DNA of 64,000 nt. Source: Pseudomonadota bacterium. GTDB taxonomy: Bacteria; Verrucomicrobiota; Verrucomicrobiia; Limisphaerales; SXTU01. This document shows, in pieces, positions 18,125-27,800 of this stretch (position 1 is the first letter of the stretch; each line of letters opens with the position of its first letter). The DNA lies in contig RFSE01000005.1 of the NCBI GenBank assembly GCA_009924135.1, positions 3,061 through 67,060 of the forward strand, read 5' to 3'. A program made the translations under genes and the position numbers. The notes under the pieces are model-generated. The model saw only the letters and a list, made by a program, of their open reading frames with translations, did not search any database and had not been told where the DNA came from.

Positions 18125-20425
18125 ATGAATCTCAACCTGCCAGCTGCTTCCGTCCCGTCGCCCAAAGGCGATGAAATCCCCTTCACCCCCAACACGCAGC
18201 TCGCGAAAGTGGCATTCGGGCTGGCCCTGTTGACTTTTTTCATCTACCTGCCGGTCATTGGCTACACGTTCGTCAACTACGACGACGACGTCTTCGTAAC
18301 CTATAACAAGATGGTGGCTCCAGGATTTACCTGGGAAGGGGTCAAATGGGCTTTCACCTCTGCGGAAATTGATTATTGGCGTCCGTTGAGCTGGTTGTCG
18401 CACATGCTGGACATGGAGTTGTTTGGCCTGGTGGGAGGGATGCATCACCTGACCAATTTGCTGATTCACATCGCCTCATCGATCATGCTGTTGATCGCCC
18501 TCAACAAGCTCACGCAGTCGCTATGGCGCAGCGCCATCGTCACCGCGCTGTTCGCTTGGCATCCGTTGCATGTGGAGTCGGTGGCCTGGGTCGCAGAGCG
18601 CAAGGATGTGTTGTGCGGTTTTTTTTGGTTTTTTACGTTTTGGGCATACGCCCGGTATGTGGAAAAACCAGTCGGCACCCGCTATTTCCTGGTGCTGCTA
18701 GGGTTTGTGTTGGGGGTCATGTCGAAACCGATGATTGTCACCCTGCCGTGCGTTCTGCTGTTGTTGGATTTCTGGCCATTGCGACGGGTCAATCCGGCTC
18801 AACTGGCCTTTTGGAAAAACCCGGACTGGCGAGCGGAATGCTCCCGGCTATGGACTGTGATCAAGGAGAAACTGCCTTTGTTCGCCATCGTGCTGGCCCT
18901 CAGCCTGTCGACGATCACCGCGCAACGCGAAGTTGGTACCATGAGCGAAAACATTCCGCTCTTCGCCCGGATGGCTACGGCTTCGGTGTCCTACGTTACG
19001 TACCTGCGCCAAACCTTTTGGCCGACAGGACTATGCGTGCTCTACCCGCTTGAGGCACACTTTGCGCCCTGGCGATGGGCCGGAGCGGCGCTGCTTTGTG
19101 CGGGGATCACCGCCCGGAGCCTGGCCCTGGCCCATAGGTTCCCATACTTGCCCGTGGGGTGCTTCTGGTTCTTTGGCACCTTGGTGCCGGTCATCGGATT
19201 GGTCCAAGTGGGAGAGCAGGCGCATGCCGATCGCTACACCTACCTGCCTTTGGTGGGAGTATTTCTTTTGCTCGTCTGGCTGGCTGCCGACTTGATCGAA
19301 CGCCGGGGCTGGTTGCGGTCAAGGTTGGGGAACATCTTGCTGGTCAGCCTCATTTTGGGCGCGTGTGCCGTCACCACACGCCGGCAACTGCGATACTGGG
19401 AAGATAGCATCTCCCTGTTCAATCGGGTGATTGAGGTGAATCCCCGTGCCACGACCGGATACAATAATGTGGCGGCGGAATTGATGTCGATCGGGCGACC
19501 CGCTGAAGCCATACCGTATTTGGAACGCGTTCTAAGTATCGCGCCCACCCACGAAGCGTATTTCAATCTTTCCGGAGCTTGTTTTGCCCTGGGAGATTAC
19601 TCTCGGGCTTCTGTGATGCTGTCAAAATCCGTGGAAATGACGACCAAGGCCAGAGCTGAACACGCAATCAATGAAGCGCGCACCTTTAAAATCCCGGAGG
19701 CGAAGCGTGGCCGGCTCCATTACATGCTCGCTACGGCTTGGGCCACCCGCAAGGAATACACGCAAGCCGTGGCAGAACTCAGGGAGGCCCTCAAGTTTGA
19801 ACCTTCGGACAGCTCGGTGCGCAACGACATGGCAGTTTACCTTGCCGCTTCGGGAAACGATGCGGAAGCTTTGCTGTGCCTGCAGGAATCGGTTCGCCTC
19901 AACCCAACGAACGAGCTAGCCCAGAGCAATCTGGGCGGCCTTTTGGCCCGCAAAGGCAGGCTCGACGAAGCCTTGCAGCATTACCAGGTATCGTTGAAGT
20001 TGAGGCCTGATAATCCGGACACCCGTCATAACTATGCCATGGCCCTGGCCCGTAGCAACCGACCGTTGGACGCCAAGGCCGAATTCGAAGAAGTGCTGCG
20101 ACGGAAACCCGACCATCTGCCAGCCATACAGCAGTTGACTTGGTTGCTGGCCACCCGGCCAGAATGCTTGGATGCTTCGAAAGCCCTGCTGCTGGCAAAA
20201 AGCCTGTTGGCCATCCCCCCTACGCCACTGACGCTTGACGCAGTGGGTGCGGCGGCGGCGGCCAACGGTGATTTTGCGACTGCCGCGCAATTGGCCGCAC
20301 AAGCGATCACCATGGCCCGAGACGCCAAGCTCAACGTTCTGGAGGATGAAATTCGCGCCCGTTTGCAGCTTTACAAGGCGGGGAAACCTTTTTACCAGGC
20401 GGCAACTCAACCGGTTAAAAAATAG
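18125..20425 (+). CDS. TMTC-like GT-C membrane glycosyltransferase with C-terminal TPRs
   Basis: NYDDD loop, YWRPL, HPLHVESVAWVAERKDVL, ADRYTYLP, WEDSISLF, TPR repeats; visibly more AT-rich than the flanks. Confidence 0.88.
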   Translation: MNLNLPAASVPSPKGDEIPFTPNTQLAKVAFGLALLTFFIYLPVIGYTFVNYDDDVFVTYNKMVAPGFTWEGVKWAFTSAEIDYWRPLSWLSHMLDMELFGLVGGMHHLTNLLIHIASSIMLLIALNKLTQSLWRSAIVTALFAWHPLHVESVAWVAERKDVLCGFFWFFTFWAYARYVEKPVGTRYFLVLLGFVLGVMSKPMIVTLPCVLLLLDFWPLRRVNPAQLAFWKNPDWRAECSRLWTVIKEKLPLFAIVLALSLSTITAQREVGTMSENIPLFARMATASVSYVTYLRQTFWPTGLCVLYPLEAHFAPWRWAGAALLCAGITARSLALAHRFPYLPVGCFWFFGTLVPVIGLVQVGEQAHADRYTYLPLVGVFLLLVWLAADLIERRGWLRSRLGNILLVSLILGACAVTTRRQLRYWEDSISLFNRVIEVNPRATTGYNNVAAELMSIGRPAEAIPYLERVLSIAPTHEAYFNLSGACFALGDYSRASVMLSKSVEMTTKARAEHAINEARTFKIPEAKRGRLHYMLATAWATRKEYTQAVAELREALKFEPSDSSVRNDMAVYLAASGNDAEALLCLQESVRLNPTNELAQSNLGGLLARKGRLDEALQHYQVSLKLRPDNPDTRHNYAMALARSNRPLDAKAEFEEVLRRKPDHLPAIQQLTWLLATRPECLDASKALLLAKSLLAIPPTPLTLDAVGAAAAANGDFATAAQLAAQAITMARDAKLNVLEDEIRARLQLYKAGKPFYQAATQPVKK

Positions 20426-20499
20426 CCATCCGCTCGCACGGTCCGCAGCCAGGTTCCTGCGGGCAGGAGTGCCGGTGCGTCCTGTAAAATTAGGGACCA

Positions 20500-20945
20500 C
20501 CCCCGTATTGCCGCTGCGCAGCCAGCCGTGCAGGAAGAACTGCGCGTCCGCCAGCACCGCCAGCAAAGAATGACGACGGTGGCGCCCCTTGCGCCGGGGA
20601 TTGAACCCCTTGCGTCCCCCCTCCTGCTGGCCTGCCCGGCTGAACACCGTCGAGTCGAGTTCCAGGCGCGAATCCCGTTGGGGGACACTTGAGCAGGCCC
20701 AGCAGCCAGCGCCAGAGCGACCGCCAGAACGACTGGATGTGGGCCTGCGAGAAGCGCCGGGCGCCAACCACGACGGACAGGAAGGCCCTGAGCGTATGGG
20801 CCAAGGGGATGGCGTTGTTGGACGCCGCTGGGGCAAAGGCAGATTGCGTGGCACCTCCTGGGCAAAGCCGATCTGGCCCAGAAAGGCGAAGAAGGTGGCC
20901 AGCCCGCCGAAGGGCGAGATGGCCTTGGGTTGGGCGCGCGAACGG
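20500..20945 (-). pseudogene. IS1380-family transposase remnant
   Basis: Pieces in different frames: ISPFGGL..FF.FL.QIG; AFLSVVVGARRF; LDSTVFSR.GQQEG..KGFNPRRKGR..HSLLAVLA...FLHGWLRSGNT. Confidence 0.8.
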
Positions 20946-21268
20946 TTAAGCCCGAGGTCACTGGGCCATGTGCCGCAGACGTGGACGCCTGTAGTGCGAA
21001 GCCTTCGACCGCCGGTGTAATGTCGGCGTCCCGCCCGCAGCGGCCACCCCGGCACCGAAAAGTTGCAGACTTCCTTTCGTCCCACTTGCGCAAGTCGCCG
21101 CTGCGGTCGGCTGGCTGCGGTCCGGTTCGGCGGTTCAAAGCGTGAACTGGTCGCTGGGAGAAGCTTCACCCCGGTCTGCTATGAGTTGTATCCACCGAAG
21201 CCTGCGGCGTGAAAGCTGTCTGCTTTTTCAACCGAACAACGGGGAGTTCTCGGAACCCTTTGGCCATA

Positions 21269-21320
21269 AGAGCCTGTCTGAAAATTTGGACGGGTCCCTC
21301 CCAATTTTCATGCAGGCTCT
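21269..21320. mobile_element. 52-bp mini inverted-repeat element (empty IS/MITE-like)
   Basis: AGAGCCTGTCTGAAAATT ... AATTTTCATGCAGGCTCT (16/18 inverted match). Confidence 0.5.
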
Positions 21321-21324
21321 AGAA

Positions 21325-21360
21325 GAAAAAAAAGGGGCACTCACCAAGAGTGCCCCTTTC
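21325..21360 (-). terminator. Rho-independent terminator of the pilin-like gene
   Basis: Minus strand AAAGGGGCACTC TTGGT GAGTGCCCCTTTTTTTTT, ~20 nt after the TGA at 21383. Confidence 0.9.
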
Positions 21361-21382
21361 AAACTGAGTATTACTGTCTAGC

Positions 21383-22013
21383 TCACTTGGGATAAATCAT
21401 CTGGATGCTGGCACCGAGTGAAGCGACGCCCTGTTGAATCTGAGTGCTCAAGGAAGAACTGGTGGTCTGCTGCACGCTACCATCCGAGAGGGTGACATTG
21501 CCAGCCTGGTCGTGCTGGGCATAAGCGCCAGCCGGCACAGCAGCAGCACTCGCCGCAACCACCCAGCCGGCAGCAACACCAGCTGCCAATGGAATTGTGG
21601 TACTATTGATCGGGGCAACTGCAGTGGAGTTTCCGGAGCCAGCGGCATAACCACTCTGACAGAAGTTACGGTCGCCACTCAGAATGATGTTGGGCTGGGT
21701 CTCGTCAGCCGAGAGACCGACGGCGAACGAAAGAGCGCAATCCTTACCATCCGCAGCCGTATAGGCAGTTCCCGGAGGTCCGCCACCACCGTTTCCGGCT
21801 CCGACGGGAAGATTGAACCCAGTGCCAGCGGTGGAACCAAAGTCACTCTTGATGCCATTCGAGGTTGTTCGCGCACTTGATGCGGGCGGCCTTGGCTTTC
21901 GCTTTGGCGAGGGCGGGCAGGAGCATGCCGGCCAGAATGGCGATGATGGCGATCACGACCAGTAGCTCAATGAGCGTAAAGGCCCCGATTTTCTTACTGC
22001 GTAGGCTTTTCAT
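21383..22013 (-). pseudogene. Prepilin-type N-methylation / H-X9-DG protein with internal deletion and frameshift
   Basis: [44 protein letters not shown], frame change near 21862, then SNGIKSDFG...ILSGDRN...HDQAGNVTLSDGSVQQ..YPK*. Confidence 0.85.
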
Positions 22014-22087
22014 TTTTGTTTTTTGTTTTCCAGCCGACGCACCGAGAACCATTCTCTGCACGCCTAGCAAGGTCTTGCCGATGATTT

Positions 22088-22103
22088 AGCAGTCCCAATG
22101 CCA
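22088..22103 (-). promoter_or_regulatory. Sigma54-like -24/-12 promoter upstream of the pilin-like gene
   Basis: Minus strand TGGCATTGGGACTGCT (GG-N10-GC), 75 nt before ATG 22013. Confidence 0.55.
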
Positions 22104-22443
22104 GCCGGCCAAGCTTTATTTTGCCCCGGTAGATGAACTGGGTTGTGAAATTTCCGCACTCCGTTCAAGCCCCTAGCTATCAACCACTTGTCCGGGCAGC
22201 AGTTGGTATCGGGTTTTACCAGAAATCCAGCATTTCCATTGAACCAAGGTCGCCAATTGCGATTCGGAGCCGGAGCGGTAGCTGGAGCGGGAGAATTTAC
22301 ACGCGGCTTGCGTGAAAATCACGCATGACTAACGCCGTACAGACCAATGGGGGGGGCACGAGCTTCCGCAGACCTGGGTGCCACCTCCCAAATCGGCGGT
22401 CCACATACATATACTCATGGGCAATTCGCTCCCGGGCGGGCGG

Positions 22444-23883
22444 CTACCCCAAAACCTCGGTCACCACCCGCCCATGCACATCCGTCAACCGACGGTCCAG
22501 CCCGCTATGGCGGAAGGTCAACCGTTCGTGGTCGATGCCCATCAGGTGCAGCAGAGTGGCATGCAGGTCGTAGCAGTAGGTTTTGCTCTCCGCCGCCTGA
22601 TACCCCCACTCGTCGCTCTGACCGACTGACATTCCGGGTTTGATCCCCGCTCCCGCCAGCCAGGTCACGAACGTCCCCCCATTGTGGTCCCGCCCGACGC
22701 TCCCTTGGGCGAAGGGTGTCCGGCCAAACTCAGTAGTCCATACCACCAGCGTATCCGCCAGGAGACCGCGCGACTTCAAGTCCCGCAGCAATGTGGCGAT
22801 GGGCTGATCCACGCTGGCAGCCATCGGGGGCAGTTCGTTGGGGATGTTGCCGTGGTTGTCCCAGTTGCCCGTCGCGCCCTGCGGCCCGCTCCACACCTGG
22901 ACGAACCGCGTACCCCGTTCGATGAGCCGTCGCGCCAGCAGACAACGCCGCCCAAAGTCCTCCGTGACCTTGGTATCGAGCCCATAAGCTTTCCGCGTGG
23001 CTTCCGTCTCCTTCCCCAGGTCAAATGCCTCTGGGGCAGACAGTTGCATCTTCGCCGCGAGTTCATAGCTGGCGATCCGGGCGTCCAGGCGCGAGTCGGC
23101 GGGGTTGGCCTGGGCATGGGTGCGGTTCAACTGGTCGAGCAAGGCCAGTCCGTCGCGGTCCGCCGCCCGGGAGGCAAACTTGAACTTTTCCCGTGCGAAC
23201 AGGTCCGGCACCAGCTCCGGAGCACCGGCGTTGAGGATGGTTCCCTGATGCACCGCCGGCAGGAAACCCGCGCTAAAAGTGCCATTTTGGTTGTAGGGCA
23301 GTCCTTTGGCATCCGGCAACACGACGAAGGTTGGCAAATTGTCCGTCAACCGGCCCAACCCGTAGCTCACCCATGCGCCGAGGCACGGAAAGCCCGGCAG
23401 GAGCTGGCCACTGTTCATCATGTAGGTGCCAGGACCGTGGACGTTTGTCTTGCTGGTCATCGCCATGAGGAACGCGAGTTCATCCACCAGCTTGGCCTGT
23501 TCGGGGAAGACGCTGCTCACCCAGCGACCCGACTGCCCGTGCTGCTGGAACGCGAACGGGCTCTTCATCATCGTGCCCGGCATGGCGACAAAGCCTTCGG
23601 GCTTCTCGGTCGGCCCAAGTTTCTGGCCATGAAGCTTTTCCAGCGCGGGTTTGTAATCGTAGGTGTCCATCTGGCTCACCCCGCCGGTCATGAAGAGCTG
23701 GATGACCCGTTTGACCTTCGCCCGGTGGTGCAACCCGCCATTGAACTCGGCCTTGGGTTGAAATGCTCCGTCGCCCAGTGCCTCGCGAGCAAACAAGTCC
23801 GCCATGGCCAGTCCGCCCAGCCCGCCGCCGATGCGCCAGAGGAAGTCGCGGCGTACCAAAGGGTTGGAAAATGTCGATTTCAT
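22444..23883 (-). CDS. DUF1501 family Tat-exported protein
   Basis: RRDFL, FMTGGVSQMDTYDYKP, ARRLIERGTRFVQ, WDNH, EFGRTP, GRDH. Confidence 0.93.
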   Translation of the reverse strand: MKSTFSNPLVRRDFLWRIGGGLGGLAMADLFAREALGDGAFQPKAEFNGGLHHRAKVKRVIQLFMTGGVSQMDTYDYKPALEKLHGQKLGPTEKPEGFVAMPGTMMKSPFAFQQHGQSGRWVSSVFPEQAKLVDELAFLMAMTSKTNVHGPGTYMMNSGQLLPGFPCLGAWVSYGLGRLTDNLPTFVVLPDAKGLPYNQNGTFSAGFLPAVHQGTILNAGAPELVPDLFAREKFKFASRAADRDGLALLDQLNRTHAQANPADSRLDARIASYELAAKMQLSAPEAFDLGKETEATRKAYGLDTKVTEDFGRRCLLARRLIERGTRFVQVWSGPQGATGNWDNHGNIPNELPPMAASVDQPIATLLRDLKSRGLLADTLVVWTTEFGRTPFAQGSVGRDHNGGTFVTWLAGAGIKPGMSVGQSDEWGYQAAESKTYCYDLHATLLHLMGIDHERLTFRHSGLDRRLTDVHGRVVTEVLG

Positions 23884-24812
23884 GCTTTCAACTTCAATCG
23901 CTCGCTCGCCGCCAGCCAGTCGGATGGAATGCCCTCGCGTCCGACGAAGCAGGCAACTATGCCACCAACGATCGCGCAGTTCGTGTCACAATCCCCCTCG
24001 CCTAGGAGAGTCGAAACCATGGCATCAGTGTAATTGTCCAAGTGGCGTGCAGCACACCAAAGAGTGAACGGTACAGTATCAGGAGCGGTAACTTGAAATC
24101 CGCTTCCGAGTATTTTGGCGGCGATTTGTGGTGTCGCCTCCAACGGCAACTTCGCCGCCCGTAAAACTCCGCGTTTTGTGTCACCCTCGGGGGTCAACTC
24201 GCAAGCGACTTCCTGAAGCCGCCGCGCTACCAGCTTCGCGTCCTGCCCGCGGTTCTCCGTTGCAACCGAGGCAGCCACTGCTACCGCCACCGCTCCAGCT
24301 ATGCCGTCCGGGTGGGAGTGGGTCACTTCTGCGGAAAGCTTCGCTTCGCGAACCACCTGTTGATGGTCACCTGCAAAATAAGCTCCCAATGGTGCGACCC
24401 GCATGGCACCCCCGTTTCCCATGGAACCTGAGCCGCTAAATGCGTTGCGGGAAGCCGTCTTCCAGTCCTCGCCATAGTGAATTGCCTGCAAGATCATTCG
24501 CGCCATTTTTCCGTAGCCACGGTCCGGCTCATCCATAAACCGGCTGGTGAAACGACTAGCCAATGAGTCCTGATTAATCCCCCCATGCCACGCAAGAACT
24601 TCATAGATGGCCATTGCCATTTCAGTGTCATCCGTGTGCCACCACGGACCTCCGGGTAATCCATCCGAATCGATTCGTTCACGCGCACTGGCAGGACGGC
24701 TAAAATGCATCTCACCAAATCCATCGCCTACCGCCAGTCCTTCAAGCGAAACATAAGCACGCTCCAATCGTCGCTTGGTGTCAAACGGGTCAGTTGATGA
24801 ACAGGAACTCAT
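23880..24812 (-). CDS. ADP-ribosylglycohydrolase family protein (start uncertain)
   Basis: GLAVGDGFG, HTDDT, RGYG, GSMGNGGAMR, GDCDT; more AT-rich than its neighbours. Confidence 0.9.
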   Translation of the reverse strand: MSSCSSTDPFDTKRRLERAYVSLEGLAVGDGFGEMHFSRPASARERIDSDGLPGGPWWHTDDTEMAMAIYEVLAWHGGINQDSLASRFTSRFMDEPDRGYGKMARMILQAIHYGEDWKTASRNAFSGSGSMGNGGAMRVAPLGAYFAGDHQQVVREAKLSAEVTHSHPDGIAGAVAVAVAASVATENRGQDAKLVARRLQEVACELTPEGDTKRGVLRAAKLPLEATPQIAAKILGSGFQVTAPDTVPFTLWCAARHLDNYTDAMVSTLLGEGDCDTNCAIVGGIVACFVGREGIPSDWLAASERLKLKA

Positions 24813-27800
24813 TGCTGTTGAACAAAACCCGGCCCAGGGCTGCCAGCCCGTGCTGGTCCGCGTAGGCCGACATCGCGCGCACCTCCTCCTCCGTTGCCGC
24901 CCGTTGGTAGGCCAGCCGCACCGCCGCACTCACCCGAGAGGGAGTGTCACTTCCCAGCTTCTCGACACGCGCCGCGAAATGCTCGCTGTGCCGCAATACG
25001 AAGTCGTTGTTGAAGAGCGTAAGTGCCTGTAGCGCCGAGGCCGAGAATGACCGCGTGGGTTGCAACAATGCCGCATCCGGAAAATCCAGCGCCTCCATGA
25101 ACGGGTCCGCAATGCCCCGCCATACGACGCGGTAGATGCTCCGCCGGCCCGCGCCGGGACTGTCCCAGTCAAACGGAGTGTAATCCACCTTCGGGGTGTC
25201 CTGGGGACCTTTGCTGGTCTTGAAATGCTGCGTCCCCGGTCCGCCCATCGTCAGATCGAGCCGCCCGGAGACCGCGAGCACCGCGTCACGGAAGGACTCG
25301 GCGTCCAGCCGGGAACGGTTCATGCGCCAGAGGAGGTGATTTTCCGGGTCGAGGGTCGAGGGTCGAGGGCCGAGCGCCTTCGACCCTCGACTCTCGACAC
25401 TCGACTGCCGATAGGCCGCGCTGATTACGATCAGCCGGTGCAGATGTTTCAACGAACCGCCGCTGTCGCGCAGCTCGCACGCGAGCCAGTCGAGGAGTTC
25501 GGGATGAGAGGGCACGCCGCCCATGCGGCCGAAGTCGCTGGGCGTGTCGCACAGGCCGCGGCCGAAATGGAAATGCCACACCCGGTTCGCCGCGCTGCGC
25601 CAGGTGAGCGGGTTGCGCGGATCCGCCAGCCAGTCCGCCAGGGCCACGCGGCGCAGCGCTTCGCGCTTAGGGTCGGCCAGGGCGAACCGCGCGGGCAGGT
25701 CCGCGAGCGCTGAGAGCGCACCGGGTTCCGCGAGCCGGCCTGGCTTGGTGATGTCCCCGCGCTTGAGCACGTGCACCGGCTTGGGCTCCAATCCGGATTT
25801 CACTGCAAAGACCTGGACCTGGGACGGAAGCTTGTTGAGCTCGTCACGCGCCTGCTGACGCAGCGCAAAGGCAGCAAGGGCCAGCTGTTGCTCGGGGGTG
25901 CGCTGCGCTCGACCGCGCCGCAAAGCCGTCGCCACCAGGGCGGGCACGGGTTCGATGTCCGGACGTTCCGAATCCGTTGCGGAAAGCCGGAAGCGTCCGA
26001 TCAGATGGCCGCCGCCATGCAGTTGCTTGAGGGTTATGACCAGCTTGGAATCCGAGGTGAGCGCAAGGGGCGACTCCAGTTCAAACACCGCCAGATGGTC
26101 CTCCCCCACCCGCGGATAGATGCCCCAGGCCGTGGTTTCGTTGCCATCAATGGCCCGCTCAATCCCCCAGTCCGCCTGGTTAAAATCCGCCGTTGCGCGT
26201 TTGAACTTCAACTCCCTGCCTTGCGGAGCTTCGGGCGTGAACACCTGGGCTTGAAATTCGGACAGATGCAGGTTGCCGTTGTCCTGCCGGCCCGGGCCCT
26301 TTTTCGGCAGGGTGGGATCAGCGAGAACTTCCAATCGCAGGGCGGTGATGCGTGGCAATGCGCTCTGAACGGTGAGCGCGTAAACTTCCTTTTCGGGACG
26401 CGGACCGGTTGACGAATAGGAATCATCCAGATTCTGTTTGAGCACCGCCCCGTGAGCGGCGCGCGCCGATACCGATACCAGCGGCTGCCAAAGGGTGTCC
26501 TGGTGGCCATGAGCCACCGCCCACTGTTCCACGAAGGCCTGATGCTCCTGGCTGAGCAGGACTGCGGCGTCATTGCGCAGGGCGGCTTCGTTAAGGTCCT
26601 GCCACGTTTTCCGTTGCCTGGCCACCTCCGGCGAGGCATCGAAGGGCAAATCGGCCTTGGTAATGCCGGCGAAGACCGCTTGCAGGGCGTAGTAATCCTC
26701 CTGGGAGATGGGATCAAACTTGTGCGCGTGGCAGCGGGCGCAGTTCGCGGTGGTGCTGGCAAAGGCCGTCATCGTCTGCGTCACGAGGTCGTCACGGTCG
26801 ATGTAGTCGAACGTGCGCGGAGCGGTGCTTTGCGTGCTTTTGTCGAGCGGCCCGGCCCCCAGGAAACCCAGCCCCGCAGTCAGTTGCGACTCCAGCGGAT
26901 AGAAAACGTCGGCGGCGAGCTGTTCGCGGATGAAGCGTTGCCAGGGCACGTCACGGTTGAAGGCAGTGATGACGTAGTCGCGATAACGCCAGGCATTCGT
27001 GCGGAGGAGGTCATGCTCGAAACCGTGCGTGTCCGCGAAGTGGATCGTATCAAACCAGTGCCGTGCCCAGCGTTCACCGTAGTGCGGGGAGGCGAGCAGG
27101 CGATCGACGGTGGCAGCGAAGGCTTTCTCTCTGCGTCCCTCCGCCTCCTCGTCCCGTCGTCCCGACGAGGGGAAGTCGCGGACGAATGCCTCAACTTCTT
27201 CCGGCGACGGCGGCAGGCCGAGGAGATCGAAGTGCAGGCGGCGGATGAGCGTGCGCGCGTCGGCCTCGGGTGCTGGCTGGAGGTTTTTCTCCCGGAGCTT
27301 GGTGGCGATGAAACGGTCAATGGGGTTGGGGGAAGCATTCAGTGACCAGTGTTCAGTTTTCAGTTTCGCCGGTCCTGCCGACCGCACGGCCTTGTCCGAC
27401 CGAACACTGAACCCTGAAGACTGATTACTTGGAACAGCCGGTCGCACGAGCGGCTTCAAGGACCACCAGTCAGTGCTGACGCGGGCCACCACTTCCTTCG
27501 GCGGCGGCACCTGTTTCACCCACTCGACGAGCACTGCGACTTCCGCGTCCGTCAGCTTCGCCTTTCCCTTGGGCGGCATCTGCAAATCCGCGCTCGTCTG
27601 CCGGACCGCCTTGATCAGCAGGCTGTGCTCCGGGTCGCCCTGCACGACCGCCGGACCTGAATCTCCACCGGTGAGGATCGCACCGGCCGAATCGAGGACC
27701 AGGCCGTTCTTGGACTTCTTTGCCGCGTGGCTGTGGCACTCGTGACAGTGCTTTGCCAGCACGGGCAGCACTTGTTCCTTGAACAGCATATCCGCCTCCG

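Noticed and set aside
21843-21880. Programmed ribosomal frameshift in the pilin-like gene
   Set aside because: There is no slippery run at the junction and a conserved segment is missing, so a deletion fits better.
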